Part shown: positions 27,692 through 41,589 of the stretch, piece by piece
How the letters are laid out: each line of letters starts with the position of its first letter
Numbering within the stretch: the stretch's first letter is position 1
Assembly: GCF_009914755.1 (NCBI RefSeq)
Contig: NC_060928.1
Source of the DNA: the human T2T-CHM13v2.0 reference genome, Homo sapiens
Reading direction: 5' to 3' (one strand)
DNA length: 64,000 bases
Position numbers and translations under genes: made by a program
The notes under the pieces: model-generated
What the model was told of the DNA's origin: nothing
Seen by the model: the letters and a program-made list of their open reading frames with translations, nothing else
Databases searched by the model: none

Positions 27692-28894
27692 CAATCATGC
27701 TTAGCCCACCAATTCTCCAAGCCACCAAACTTACTTTCCTTTCCTAAGGTTCTTGTGTCCACCCAAATTTCCAAAGTACACGTCCAGTTCAAAGGGTCAG
27801 TCCTATTTTTCATCATTTAAAAAAGATGGACTGATGGTCCATCTTTTTGCTGAAAGCATTCCCTCTGGAGGTCTCCAACAGTCTCCTGATACCAAGGCAG
27901 TGAGCCTGGACTGCCAATCCTGCAGCACCCAGTGACACAGCTTTCACAGAAACACACTCAAGTCTACTTCCCTGGGGCACACCCAGAGTGACAAAGGCAT
28001 CTCTAGAGGGGGTACATGATGTTTCCAGAAGTGGTTCTCTTCAGACACATTTTCTGTCTGGATGCTGAACCTTGGTCATTGGTCACTGGTCTGGGATATC
28101 TGAGATCCTTCTTTCTTTCTTTTTCTTTTTCTTTTTTTTTTTTTGGATACTCTCACAAACTCTGCCTGTGTTTTACTAACGATTCACTTCTGTCAAGACC
28201 AATGGAAGAAACAAGGCTTAAGCATTTTGAATTCAAAGAGATAGGAGTTGGTTTATGAATGCTTTCCTCCCTGAAGACTGATGCCCAGGCAAATTTAGCT
28301 CCAGCCTCTTCTTTAAGACAAAAGCAAAGCTTCCAGAGAGCAAAGGATGTGCAACCACAAACACAACCTCATGTCTACACGGTTGGGCTCCTGGCGGGCT
28401 AGACCCAAAAGAAAAAAGAAAGAAGATTCTAATTGCTTCCAATTGCTTCACATCTACATAACTAAAGGAGACAGTCAGATGATTCTTCCATAAATGAAGG
28501 AAGTTTGCTTCAAAGTGACTTGCAGCATTGAAGAAGCAATGTTCTAAGCAAGGGGAAGAAGGGACCAGTGGTGACATTATGGAATTGTTTAGTTACCATT
28601 TATGAAGTGCTAACTCTGTGTTTTATACCTCTGTAGTTATTTCCACTCAATATTTCAACCAATCCAACATTATGAAATATTGAGAGAATACAGTATAAAA
28701 TACAGTGTGTAAAATACAAATGAGAGTACTGAAATCAATCGTTAACTTCAATAACTTGTCCAAAGCCAAATCTGGGGTTCCAAAATCTACTATTATCTTT
28801 AGGGCATGCTTCATCCAGTACATGTTACATACATGTGATAATGCTTTCTAAGTATATATTTTATATATATATATGAGATTTTCATATATAAGAT

Positions 28895-28985
28895 TTACCC
28901 CAGGGATACAGGTTCTTAACCCCATTTTACAGATGAGAAAACATAGACTTAGAAAGCTTGTTACTTACTTAAGATCAAAGACCTC
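28895..28985 (-). mobile_element. MIR core fragment
   Basis: ccccattttacagatgagaaaac. Confidence 0.75.
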
Positions 28986-29186
28986 AAAAAACCCAGACAC
29001 TATCACTATCTCACCTGCATTCTAATTTCCTTCACCTGATTTTCTTACTAATAATTTTGGATTAACTAGCATGGGATTTATTATGCAATGTAGTAGCTAA
29101 AAACAAACAAACAAAAAACAACTCCATTAAACCATGTTTAACATGTACTGGATGAAGCATGCCCTAAAGATAATAGTTATATATTA

Positions 29187-29202
29187 TCAGATATATATAA
29201 TA

Positions 29203-29257
<55 letters not shown>

Positions 29258-29261
29258 CTGA
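29187..29261. repeat. (TA)n-rich near-palindromic repeat
   Basis: TA run flanked by 21-bp inverted arms. Confidence 0.95.
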
Positions 29262-29292
29262 ACATGATGAAACACCTTGACCAGTCTGTTTT

Positions 29293-29422
29293 TCCTGTAG
29301 GTCCATGAAGTAGGTGGCTGTGTCTGTCTTGTTTACAGTTTTATTGCAAATGCCTAGCATGCTGCCTGACACGTTGCAAGTACTCAGTAAATATTTCATG
29401 AATAAACGATTGTTGAATAAAT
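29293..29422 (+). mobile_element. L2 (L2a-like) 3' end
   Basis: gtctgtcttgtttac..gcctagcatgctgcctgacac..ctcagtaaatattt..gaataaa. Confidence 0.8.
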
Positions 29423-30201
29423 TAAGAGATACATAAAATCATTGCAACAGAGAAAAAAATGCTAATTTTTCAAGTTCATTACCCTGCCAGAAAGACTGCC
29501 ATTGTGTCCTTGCTAATACTGAGCAGATCCTTTTGTAGAAAATTCAAATTTTATTACAAAATGCAAATAAAGGTGAGAGCTACATAGTTATTGATGATTA
29601 AAATAAAACATAAAATTTGATGTTGAAACCTTTAGAGGAGTTCAAATGATTTTATAAAATGCAAGGAAATATTATAGAAGCAGCTAATGCCAAGTGGTAC
29701 TAGGAATGAAACTCACAAGTCTCAGGCTACAGAAAACACGGTACATGTGCCACCATTTGGTGAGATTATGGAGTTGCAAATAATTATTGCTAATTTCACA
29801 TCACACTATTATAGGGAAGTTCCTTGCATAATGTAATAATTTATATTATTTAAAATTGGAAATAATGTTTATGGTGTTTACAGCATGGCTAAAATTACGC
29901 GTAGAATTGTAAAATATAAATCCATGAGTTTAAAACGTTACAAGAGTCACATTTTCAGTTTGAAGACACTTAAGCAATTGTGAAATAAGTCGAAGGAAAG
30001 ATTTTTGCTTACCTGACCACTAATAGTGGTTGTACATGTTCAATTTCTAACCAGTATAAACAGAGCCAAAGAGATTCAGAGCCGTGTGGCATCATTTATC
30101 GTCAAAGTTGACGGGACCCAAGAGGCTACACTGTTTTGATGTCTGAGGCTTGACCTTACACTAATGAGAACGGATTTTCTTATGTGGGTCCTAAATTGAC
30201 T

Positions 30202-30211
30202 CTGACGTCAG
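30202..30211. promoter_or_regulatory. Full palindromic CRE (TGACGTCA)
   Basis: ctgacgtcag with intact CpG; motif match only. Confidence 0.35.
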
Positions 30212-30403
30212 TTCTCAAAGAGGAGCTCCAGAAATGAATTGAACAGAGAAAACATCCTAGGAATAAGTGTATTTTCTAATGAGGGGACGCCATTATTGGA
30301 CAAGGAGCTCCAGGTTACCTCAAAATCAATTCTATGAAGAGAGAGTCTCACTAGCGATCATTTTTGTGGTAAAATCCCCCAATTCTGCCTGACTCTCTCG
30401 TAA

Positions 30404-30783
<380 letters not shown>

Positions 30784-31123
30784 TCCTGTAAGGCTTTTCT
30801 GGCTAGGCTTTCTCTCTCCTACAGACGCGTTTAGTCCTCTCCATGGAAGAGGACAGTGCCCCGCGCAGACAGGCTCCCTGGGAAAGCTAAGCAGTACCAG
30901 CTATAGGCGACCACAAAGAAAAAGGTGTTTGGGGTAAAATTTTTAACTCTGCCTACCTATCGGCTCTTTCTTCCATCTGATTATTCTGCCACTTGTTGAT
31001 TTTGCCACTTGTTGATTCCGAGCAAGAGCAACTTTAGAAAATTATACGGTCTGATAAATATCAGGGTTTTTTTCCAATTTGTTTTTGTTTCCTGATTATC
31101 TAATTCACACTTAAAAAAAAAAA

Positions 31124-31539
31124 GGCCAAGTGGGTGATGGCTCACATCTGTAATACCAGCACTTCAGGAGGCTGAGGCAGGATAGACAAAAAAAAAAAAA
31201 AAAAGTAATAGCTGTGTGTGGTGGCATGTACTTGTCATCCCAGCTACTCAGGAGGCCAAGGCAGGAGGATTGCTTGAGGCCAGGAGTTCGAGACCAGCCT
31301 GGGCAACATAGGGAGACTGTCTCAAAAAAAAATTAAAAAAAAAATGAAATTAGCAGGAGTGGTGGTATGTGCCTGTAGTCCCAGCCTAGCTGATTAGGAC
31401 GCCCAGGTGGGAGGATCCTGTGAGCCTGGTAGGTGGAGGCTGCAGGAGCCGTGATTGCGCCACTTCACTCCAGCCTGCACTTCAGCCTCCGCAACTACAG
31501 CGAGACCCTGTCTCAGGAAAAAGAAAAAAAAAAAAAAAA
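31124..31539 (+). mobile_element. Composite AluJ/FLAM-like element (three monomer segments)
   Basis: Truncated left arm, A tract, second monomer, A linker, right arm and A tail. Confidence 0.85.
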
Positions 31540-34500
31540 GCTCTATGCTTAGCTTAGCATGCACAGAATAAAAAAAATTAGAGCAGTACAGAAGTTCAGT
31601 TTTGATATATATGTTTTAAGGTAAAATTTATTTCTCTAACATACTTAAAGCTTACATGGGTAGTTGCTGAAAAATTCTGGGTTATGAGATATAATTCAAT
31701 TCTCCTGAATAAATCAATTCAATGTGTTATATTGATGGAATAAATAAGTTGTATGTTGAGTAAGAAATATTAGAATTGTGCTGAACAGCTAATGAATTCT
31801 CTGGAATTGTATCCCATCTGTAGACAACCATTTGGATGTACTTCTAAGAACTATCATATAAAATGAGCATAGTCCCTATCTAACTATTTGACACGTATGA
31901 AAACAAATAACGCCTCTGTGAATGAATAAACTTCTCCAATTTGGAGGCAAGATTCCTTAACTTTAGCTATAGAATTGAGAATCATATCATATATGCCGTT
32001 AGTTAATAATAAAATTTAAAATATCATGTAGTTCAGGAAGAATAATCTATCCTATTCTGAACAGAAGTCATACCTGTTCAGGCCATAGTGATAAGTGTTT
32101 GGTGAAGACAGACACTAAATCAAGTATTTTTAACTTAAGATTATCATATTTATTAAAAGAAATTCGTGGTATTACAGGCTTTATATGCAAGTAGTTTAAT
32201 GAATTCTGTTTGTACCTCATTGTTTCTGGAGAATATATAAAGCATATCTTAGTAGTTAAAGAACTTATGCAATTTCTGGAAATTAAAACAATAGTCTATG
32301 ATTACTTCAAAAATCCAAAGTGATATATAGTTGAGTTTTTCTTGATTCAAATAATATAATATCATTTTGTTATTTATAACATTGATGTTGCTAAATAATC
32401 AGTAAGAATTCAAAAATTAAAATAATAGAGCTGTTTTGTTTCCACTTACGTGTGCTGTTTGCAAAAATGCAGCTACATAGGGTGTTTTGTACCCAGGTTT
32501 GATGAGAACTTTGTCAACCATCTGCACTGTCTGATTCCATAAGAGTGACAATCTAAAGCCTCTGAAGATTTCACCTTTATGTAAAGGTTCTGCACAATTT
32601 TCTTGTTGGTAAATATTACATTTTAGCATGAAAATGCCCTGATATGTATTGGGTGAAATTTTTCTAGTTTCAAATGTTTGGTCAGTAATGGCATACTAAA
32701 GCAATAAAGAAAATGAAATTAGAAGGAAGAAAAAAAGAACTCCAGAAAATGAAATAGTAGAATAAAAGTTAAATAAAAATAAAATTAAGACTAGATTTTG
32801 AACTCCAAGCCATAGGAATTTTTATTAGAAAGAAGATTTCTATGTGGATTTTAACCCCATCAAATATGAATATAGTAAATATAAACACTATTTTAGAACC
32901 ACTTTAGCAACTCTTTAACTTCTGATATAAATGTGTATTTTAAATTATTTTAAAACTTTAAAATTATCAGTTAAACTGTGATTACCGCAAACACTTGATT
33001 ATTTCAAGTAGTCAGGAAAAGGGTCCTGAACATATGTGTCAAATATATTATAAAATTGTTATATATCTAGGGCTCTCTGCAGATCTCAGAAACGTATGCA
33101 TACTGTTTATCTTAAATTAGTTTACTTTTGCTTTCTTGCTTCAATATATATTAGTAGTACCAAACATTTTTTTGGCTGACTTTACTTATTTTGAAAGTAA
33201 GCACCTGGATTAATAAATCACCCGAAAGTATTCTTTGTGCATTCCCTGTTGTTTTCCTTACAAAGAAATTCAAAGAATTAGCAAAAATTGGTGTCATCAT
33301 TTGTTTTAGAGTGGTTGGCTTTGAATGGTTACTTTTATTGTACAGCCTACCATAAATTCATGACGCATGAAAATTTATTAGCTAAATGTCGTAACGGTAT
33401 GTTTATCATCAAAAGTCAATTGGGAATGGGGGTGGGATCTGGTGTAGATTTGAAGACTCTTTTAGCACCTAAGTGCTAAAAGCACTTTACACATTTTAAG
33501 TTATTTTTTCATAACTCATCCTCGTTTTTATAAGTGTGAGATAGGAATGGAAGAAAAGGTAAACCTGCACCATCTAGAGTTTATAAAGCTGAAAATGGAC
33601 CTTCAAAAGTCGATGTACCAATACAGATTTGAATAGTTTCCAGGTGTTACCGTGCCAACAACAGCACCTGGATTTATTTTGTTCTCATCTTTTTTGGATT
33701 AAGTTTCAATGTTACAGCCACAAGGTGCTCAAAATTTTGATGTGTGCCTATCCACTGCCATTTGCTCCTTCAGAAACAAGTAACAGCCAGACAAATCCCA
33801 AATTACTTGATGACAGGCCCCTGAAACTACACTTCTGTTTTATTTACCCTTATCATTTTCCAAGGAGAAAATCACAGAGCCCGTAGAGCTGGCCATGATG
33901 TAAGGTTGCACTGACAGTCCAAACGTGGCTTGCTTTATCCCCTCAATTCTCTCCTTGTTTCTTCTATGCACCCAATATATTAAAATATTCAACTGTGGGA
34001 CTTATTCCCATTCATATTTGGACAGAGAAAAGAGAGCAACTCAGGCCACAAATAAATTGCCAATAGTGTCCTTTCTCCATTTTTTCTGTGGCTGGCTCAC
34101 AGGTTCATCCAAGAGCAAACACTTTTTGTCTTCTCATCTTACACTGTGCCATAAACCACACTGGAATTGTTAACAGCTAATGATATCACTGGATTATTGT
34201 ATTTGGCCAACTGTCCTGTATTACTGTGATGATAACATTGACTCTATGGCCAAACATCACAAGAAGGGGTAAAGAAAGGATTATTTTATATTATAAAGGG
34301 TTATATTATATATTATTTCCTAATATTTCCCAACTTTTTTTGAGATTATTAGTAACAATCTTTAGATTATGTAACCATGGTCATGATTTTATGTGTGAGT
34401 GAGGATTTAAGAAAACTATTGGAATAATTCCAACCTAAAGCACAATTTCATATGTATTCAGGTATTCTAAAATGGTTAGAAAACTGATGCCACATAGAAG

Positions 34501-35908
34501 AACACATATTATGGCTTACGTCATCCAGAGTTCAACTTTTAAAACTCTCATGAGGTTTTCTCTTAAGTTAAGCATGTATGAGTCAAATGAAGTATAAAAT
34601 ATAAGTTATAATTTTCAAAAACAAATAGAATCTTAGACATGTTTAACTGGAATGTCTAGTAAATTATTGTAAAAATATATTTTTTGTTTGAATTCCCTCA
34701 ACAATTTCCTGACCCTTTTAGAGTGACATACACATATCAAATTCATCTTTTTTTAAGCATGTAACCAGAGCAGTTATTTGCCTACATTCTTTCCTGAATA
34801 TCTTCTTCATTTCCCTGGCAATATGTGATAATTGGGTTTTTAAAAATCTGAATTAATTGTGAAGGAAGAAAAGGACAAATCCTGATCGGTGATCTTTCTA
34901 TGACTTATTTAAATTCCATTTCAACATAAAAATTGTATTGAAAGTTAATCAAACGTGATCAATTAGCATTACATGTAAAGAACACCAATAAATACCTGCA
35001 CATCTCATAGGTTTAACAAGATTGAGACTTTGTTTTGTATGGATTTGAAATAAAAACTATTTGTAAGGCATATGGACACAATTTTGTTTTCTACTTGACA
35101 CTGAAGATTCTTTCAGCATTTTAGTGCTTTGAAGTATTTTTTTTTTCCAGGGCTATATCTTGGCTGGCACAGAATCAAAGTTATTTGGAAAGAATAAAGA
35201 GCATACATCAAATATCAGAATTACCACTCAGAAAATCTCATCTGCCACAATGTGTAGTGGAGCTTTTCATATTTGTTTTCTGGTCAAGATATACTGCATA
35301 TTGTTTAGACTTCATTCTGATAAGTGCAGACACATGATTAGAGCAAATTTGCCTTTAATCAGCCATGGGTATTTTGTTACATCTTAGAGTATTCAGTCAT
35401 CCTATTGAGTTTGTACATTTTATTATTTTGGAAAGCTTAGAAAATGGAATTGCGTGAAAAAGAAAGCCAGAGCTCTGTTCTTTGACAGTTTCACATCATC
35501 ATTATCATTTATTATTCATTGTTTCTGTATGTAAATTGTAAGAATCATTGACTTTCCATTAAAAAAAACCTTCATTCATTTGGAAGCTAAATTTTAGTAA
35601 AATCAAACAGGATGTTCTTAGCTTATTTTTTGTTTAATATCATCTATATAATTCCAAATATTCATTGCAATGTTATCTTCATTTATTTCTATAAAGTGTC
35701 TTGAATAGCAAGTACTAATTAATCATGTATTGAGCTTTTTCTCAACTTTTTAATTGTAGGTACATGCCAAATGATTAATCATTTGATACACCAATATTGA
35801 GTATTGCTTTTAATTTTACATTATATAAAGATTTTTTCTCCATTTTAAAATAAATTTTTTTTGCAAACTGTAGCCCTCCTAAAGGTTTGCGACATTGAGA
35901 AGAAAGAT

Positions 35909-35977
35909 ATGTAACTAACCTGCACAATATGCACATGTACCCTAAAATTTAAAGTGTAATAAAAAAAATAAAAAAAA
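35909..35977 (+). mobile_element. Very short young L1 (L1PA2/3-like) 3' end
   Basis: atgtaactaacctgcacaatatgcacatgtaccctaaaa plus poly(A); TSD aagaaagat at 35900-35908 and 35976-35984. Confidence 0.88.
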
Positions 35978-36976
35978 GAAAGATCTTGGATTAAGTCATA
36001 ATGATTACTAAGGGAAAGAATATTACCTTAAAATCCGTGAGTGACAAATGTCCAAATCGCTACTGTGAAGGTGTTTGAAGGTTGAAGACTCCTATTGAGA
36101 AAGCCACTATAGAAAGTGTGCAGAAAATTATTTTCTCACCTTTAATTTTATTATATAAATTGAATACTGCCTCTACTGATCAAGTAATAAAGTTATTTTC
36201 ATTTGTTATGCAAAGTCCTTTTCAAACAAATTATGGGGACTGATGGAGGAGATAGGCATTCTTCATTGAATCAAATAAAGAATGAAGCACCTAGACTGAT
36301 TCATGAACTCAAGAGAAATTTAATTTAGTTGAGGCAAATAGCAGTTTATGATGAAAAGTGGAAAAAGGCAGTGTTCTTGTGGAATTGTTTCTTTTGACAG
36401 TTTGCATTAAGCCTCTGTATGTCATAAAAATGACAAGACAAATAATTTCTGAAAAAAATATCAAGCAATGGAAAGTTACTTTCTTGGGGTAAAGGTATAA
36501 AATCAATACATGTTCCTTTCTTCTCCCAAAGGGGTAACTGTTCCTCCATTTTAATACCTTTTTTAGTACAGCATATGACTGTTTCTCCAAATTATTATTA
36601 AGTTAAATAAATTGTTTTGAAAAGAAATCATTGTAGAATACAATTGCTATTTTAATTGGCAGCTAAATTAATTTTAATATTATATGAATTAGTAAAGATG
36701 GGCTTAATTAGAACCATTTTAATAATTTCATTTTACTTGGTCCTTAAGTGTTATTTAATATAAATTGATGACTGCTATTTAAATGTTAGAGGACTGTGTG
36801 GTGTTTGAAGGAGTTCCACTCATAAGTGAAATCTGTTGATACTTTTTCCATATGCCTGGGCATATTTTTCATTTTCCAAGAAGTCTTGAAGTAGAAATCA
36901 AACATCATATTAGCATTTGTAAGGTACTATGGCTTGTTAAAAAAGTTATGCCTTTGTTTAAGAGAAGGTAAGTATA

Positions 36977-37280
<304 letters not shown>

Positions 37281-37284
37281 TCAT

Positions 37285-37388
37285 AGTTTCAGCAACTTCC
37301 CCATTAATAAAATGGAGATAATAAGGTAGAAGAGTATGTGAAAACACGTTATAAACTACAAAATATTTTAAATTATTGGTAGTTATAT
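37285..37388 (+). mobile_element. MIR (MIRc-like) fragment
   Basis: ttccccattaataaaatggagataata..atgtgaaaacacgttataaact. Confidence 0.5.
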
Positions 37389-37994
37389 TGAAATTATTCT
37401 GAATTTTAAGTATTATCTAGAGTATTTGTTATTAGTACCCAAACACTTGATTTTCAAAAAGTTTTTTCTTCAGTAAGCATGGTATACAATGCAGATACAA
37501 GAAGGAAGAATAGAGGGAAGAACGTGGATCAACAGGTGATACATATCAATCAAACAGTCTGGAACAGTTTCCAAGTCAACATTCAGTGTACATTTCAAGA
37601 TTTAAGAAGTAAGAAAAGCCCAGAATTTTGCTACTTATATTCTGTACATGAGTCAATGACAGCCCCTTTTGTCATCATGATAGAAACATTGGGTTTGCCT
37701 ATTAGGTATGCATTTTTCCTTTTTCTCAAGAGTTGCTTTCTTGTCATTTGCCATTCAAGTTATGCTATAAGAATTCACAAATAATTCAAAATTCAGTCAG
37801 GAATGATGCATAATTTCTCAGATCAAGAAATAGAGGGCTTAGACTTTTTAAGCAGAAAAATTATGAATAAAATGTTTTATATTAAAATTCTAGATATTTG
37901 AATATTTTATTAAAACTATATTACCACTTATACCAGCAATTCATTGAGTACAAATGATTAGTCTGGTTTATTCTTGGCCTGCAACACTTTCATT

Positions 37995-38152
37995 TTATAT
38001 ATATATACATATATATGCGTATATATATATACACATATGAAAGTATATATATACTTTCAGAGTATATATATACGCATATATATGTATAATTTCAGAGTAT
38101 ATATGCATATATATACTTTCAGAGTAAATATATATGCATATATATTCAGAGT
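37995..38152. repeat. AT-rich palindrome and degenerate minisatellite
   Basis: TA-rich; four copies of ttcagagta; inverted arms. Confidence 0.9.
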
Positions 38153-39973
38153 AAACAGACAAAATAATTTTTGAGGTCAAGTGTTTTTTATAACTAATAT
38201 TGTTTAAACACCAATAGTGATAAATAATTAACAAAATTGTCCTTGTTTGGTAAGATGTTTCACAATAAAAGGCGTTTGCCTAACTTGCGTGGCTTCTCTT
38301 TTTAGAATTAAAATGATCAATGCTTCCTAAAGAAACAAAAATCACAGACTGATATTGAGATTTGTCAACTATTTTAGAATGATGATGAAAATAAGCTGTA
38401 AGCAATCTGTGAAATCAAATGAAGGAAAATATTCAAATGAGAACTCTGTTGTTGCCCAAGCTACACCAAACAGCTTAGAACAGCTGTTAATGAGTAGGTC
38501 AGAAGACGGGTGCTTTCCCCTTGAATATCGGTTTCCATTTCCTATCACAGTGCCTGGCTCTCCCTCTTTGTCTCTTTTTCTCTCAGGAGTGGATAGTGTA
38601 TATATCTCGTTGAGCCCTGTAATCTGTCTTTCTCCCATGTGTCAGCATCCCTCAGTAGAAAACAAATTCCTGACTTTGGGCTTAGAGTAAATCATAGAAA
38701 CGAATTTCTGCATGTCCAAATTGGATTTTGACACCAACTGTATCACCACAAAATTGAGACATACGCAATGTCACTGGGCCGTTGAGTATAGCAAATTCCA
38801 GGCACAGTTTTGAAGTGCATAGAAGTTCCCCTTCAGAGACATGTTCCTTTGTTTGAAAGTCGCCTCTTTCCGGCACTGAAGTAATCTTCTTGTCCTGGGT
38901 CCTTTCTATAGCATAGGAGAGTAAAATCATAAGTTAATTACTATGGAGTAGCAGATAACTTAATATAGGCCTTTGGAACAAATTTTTGAAATGAAATGAA
39001 TGAAAACACCATAAAGAAAAAGCTTCCTTAATACCAAGGCTGTGGAATTTCTAATGTAAAATAGAATTATTTTAACTTTGGTTTTGGTTTAATGTGGAAA
39101 GTAAAATTTGCTCCACACATCCTAAGTTACGGTTTATAGACCACAGTGACTTCTTGTCTTCCTCCTCCTCCTTGTCCCATGCCTCCTCCTCCTTTTCCTT
39201 CTGTCGGTATCTGCTCACATGACCATCTCTGTAACTTATTCTCTGAAACTACTAATGGAGCAATAGAGCTTGACCATGAATTTAATTTGAATGTAAGTAC
39301 ATAATTAGGTATCTTATCTAAAGAAGTAAAAAGCATGGTTTTGACTTCATATAGCTGGTTGGTTTGAAACCAACATTTAGTAAACTCCTTCTGTCTCCTT
39401 TTGTATTTGAAAAAATATGTTTCAGAAGTAATTTTAAAACAAGACATCTAAAAAATACAGCATCTTATGTGTGTATGTTTTAAAACATCGCTTTTTTTGG
39501 CCACTTGAGTTCAATTGAAGATGTTTATATATGTATTTTTAATTTGGGCTTATCTGTTCAGATTAACGTAAAACTATATCAATTGGTTTTGGGGTAAAGT
39601 AATCTATTTTAATTATAGATAATTGGTGTAGAAAATACAAGCAACAAACAAAGGAACATACCAAAAACACTGGTACCAAAAGCTAAGCATTGTTAACACC
39701 TTCAAAGATGCATATTTATGTATTGATCTATGCAAAAAGTGGGCTAATACTTATACATGCCATTTTAAGCCTGTGTCCGCTTAATGGTATATTGTTAATA
39801 GTATTACCATGAGTCATTAAATGACAGACCATATAAAATGATTAAAATTCAGTTCCAAAAGTTTATACTGCTCAGTATATTATTTTTCTGTTCCTCTCAA
39901 CTGAAATGAAATGATGCAACCTGTTTCTTGCTATGAGATACCTCCCCTGACATTGGCAGAAACACTTTTTAAA

Positions 39974-40290
<317 letters not shown>

Positions 40291-40494
40291 TGAGAAAGAC
40301 AGCACCAATTCACGTCCATTGATGACAAGTCCTAGTGTGATGCCCCCACACGTGAAAATGATATGTTTTCATGCTTTTATTATACTCACGAAGGGTTATC
40401 AGTATGTGGCAATGCCATGTGACAAGGTTGTATGCTTGTGTGGGAGCACAGTCCAGCTGCACTCTAAACAAATAGGCAGGAGTCAGCAAGCGAT

Positions 40495-40675
40495 CATAAT
40501 GGAGCCATGGGTTCTATGTCTGGACTTCCTGGGATAGGATCCCGCCTCTACTGTTTAGTAACTGGTTTTCCTTGGACTAGTTATTTAAACTCTCTGTGCT
40601 TAGTTTGCTCATCTATAAAACGAGGATGATGATAGCACTTCCCTCATAGATTTTTGTGGGAGTGAAGCAAATTTA
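40495..40675 (+). mobile_element. MIR
   Basis: agttatttaaactctctgtgcttagtttgctcatctataaaacgaggatgatgatagcac. Confidence 0.8.
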
Positions 40676-41296
40676 CCCCTATGCAGTCACAAATACAGGC
40701 ACCCCAGGCCCCAACAGGAAGGACTTTGGGACAGTGCCTGATGCCTAACAGCTTGAGAGGTAAGTTAGCTAATTTTAGTCATTGGTCAATCACCACAAGT
40801 ATAGTTTTTGGCCACTCTCTGTGCTCATAACAAAGCAAATGTGTAGTTGATTTTTTTAAAAAAGAAACTTGGTTAGGCAGTATGAATGCATTCATTTACT
40901 CATAGTAATCCTTAGAATTAAAAAAAAAAAAAGCATCCCTATAACTCCATTCTTGGGTCACAGATAATGACTTGAGAACATGGATCCTGTATTAAAGCTA
41001 GCTTAAGACTGGTCACCATCGTTGATGACTGCAAATGAATGCAAGTCTGAGTACACTCATTTTGGTTCTGGACAGAAGGAGGAGTGCTTTCATCTGTTCT
41101 TAGAAATGTTGAAGCCAAGTGAGTATTACTGATGGAACACCCCGCTAGCCTTGTAATAGGAATGGGGGGAGGGTTACACAACTGATTGAGACATGTTCCC
41201 TCATCTTGAGAAGTTGACATTGTAATGAGGTCACATTACAACACATGCAAAACCAAGCACAGTATATGATATTAAAACCTCATCTGCTAGTTGAGG

Positions 41297-41589
41297 AAGA
41301 GAAAACCAAAGACCACATGTTCTCACTTATAAGTGGGGGCTAAAGGATGGGAACACGTGGACACATAGATGGGAACAGCACACACCGGGGCCTATCAGTG
41401 GGTGGAGGGTGGGAAGAGGGGGAGGCTCAGGAAAAATTACTAAGTGATACTAGGCTTAATACCTGGGTGATGAAATAACGTATTCAACAAACGCCATGTT
41501 ACAAGTTTACCTATGTAACAAACCTGCTCCTCCTGCACATGTACACCTAAACTTCAAATAAGTTACTGTTTATAAAAACAAAAACAAAA
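41297..41589 (+). mobile_element. L1PA12-14-like 3' UTR fragment
   Basis: catgttctcacttataagtggg..ctaggcttaatacctgggtgatgaaataa..gtttacctatgtaacaaacctg; TSD ctca(t/c)ctgctagttgagg at 41279-41296 and 41590-41607. Confidence 0.9.

Noticed and set aside
38355-38930. ORFs of 82-111 aa on both strands
   Set aside because: No recognisable domain and no convincing flanking splice-site pair.
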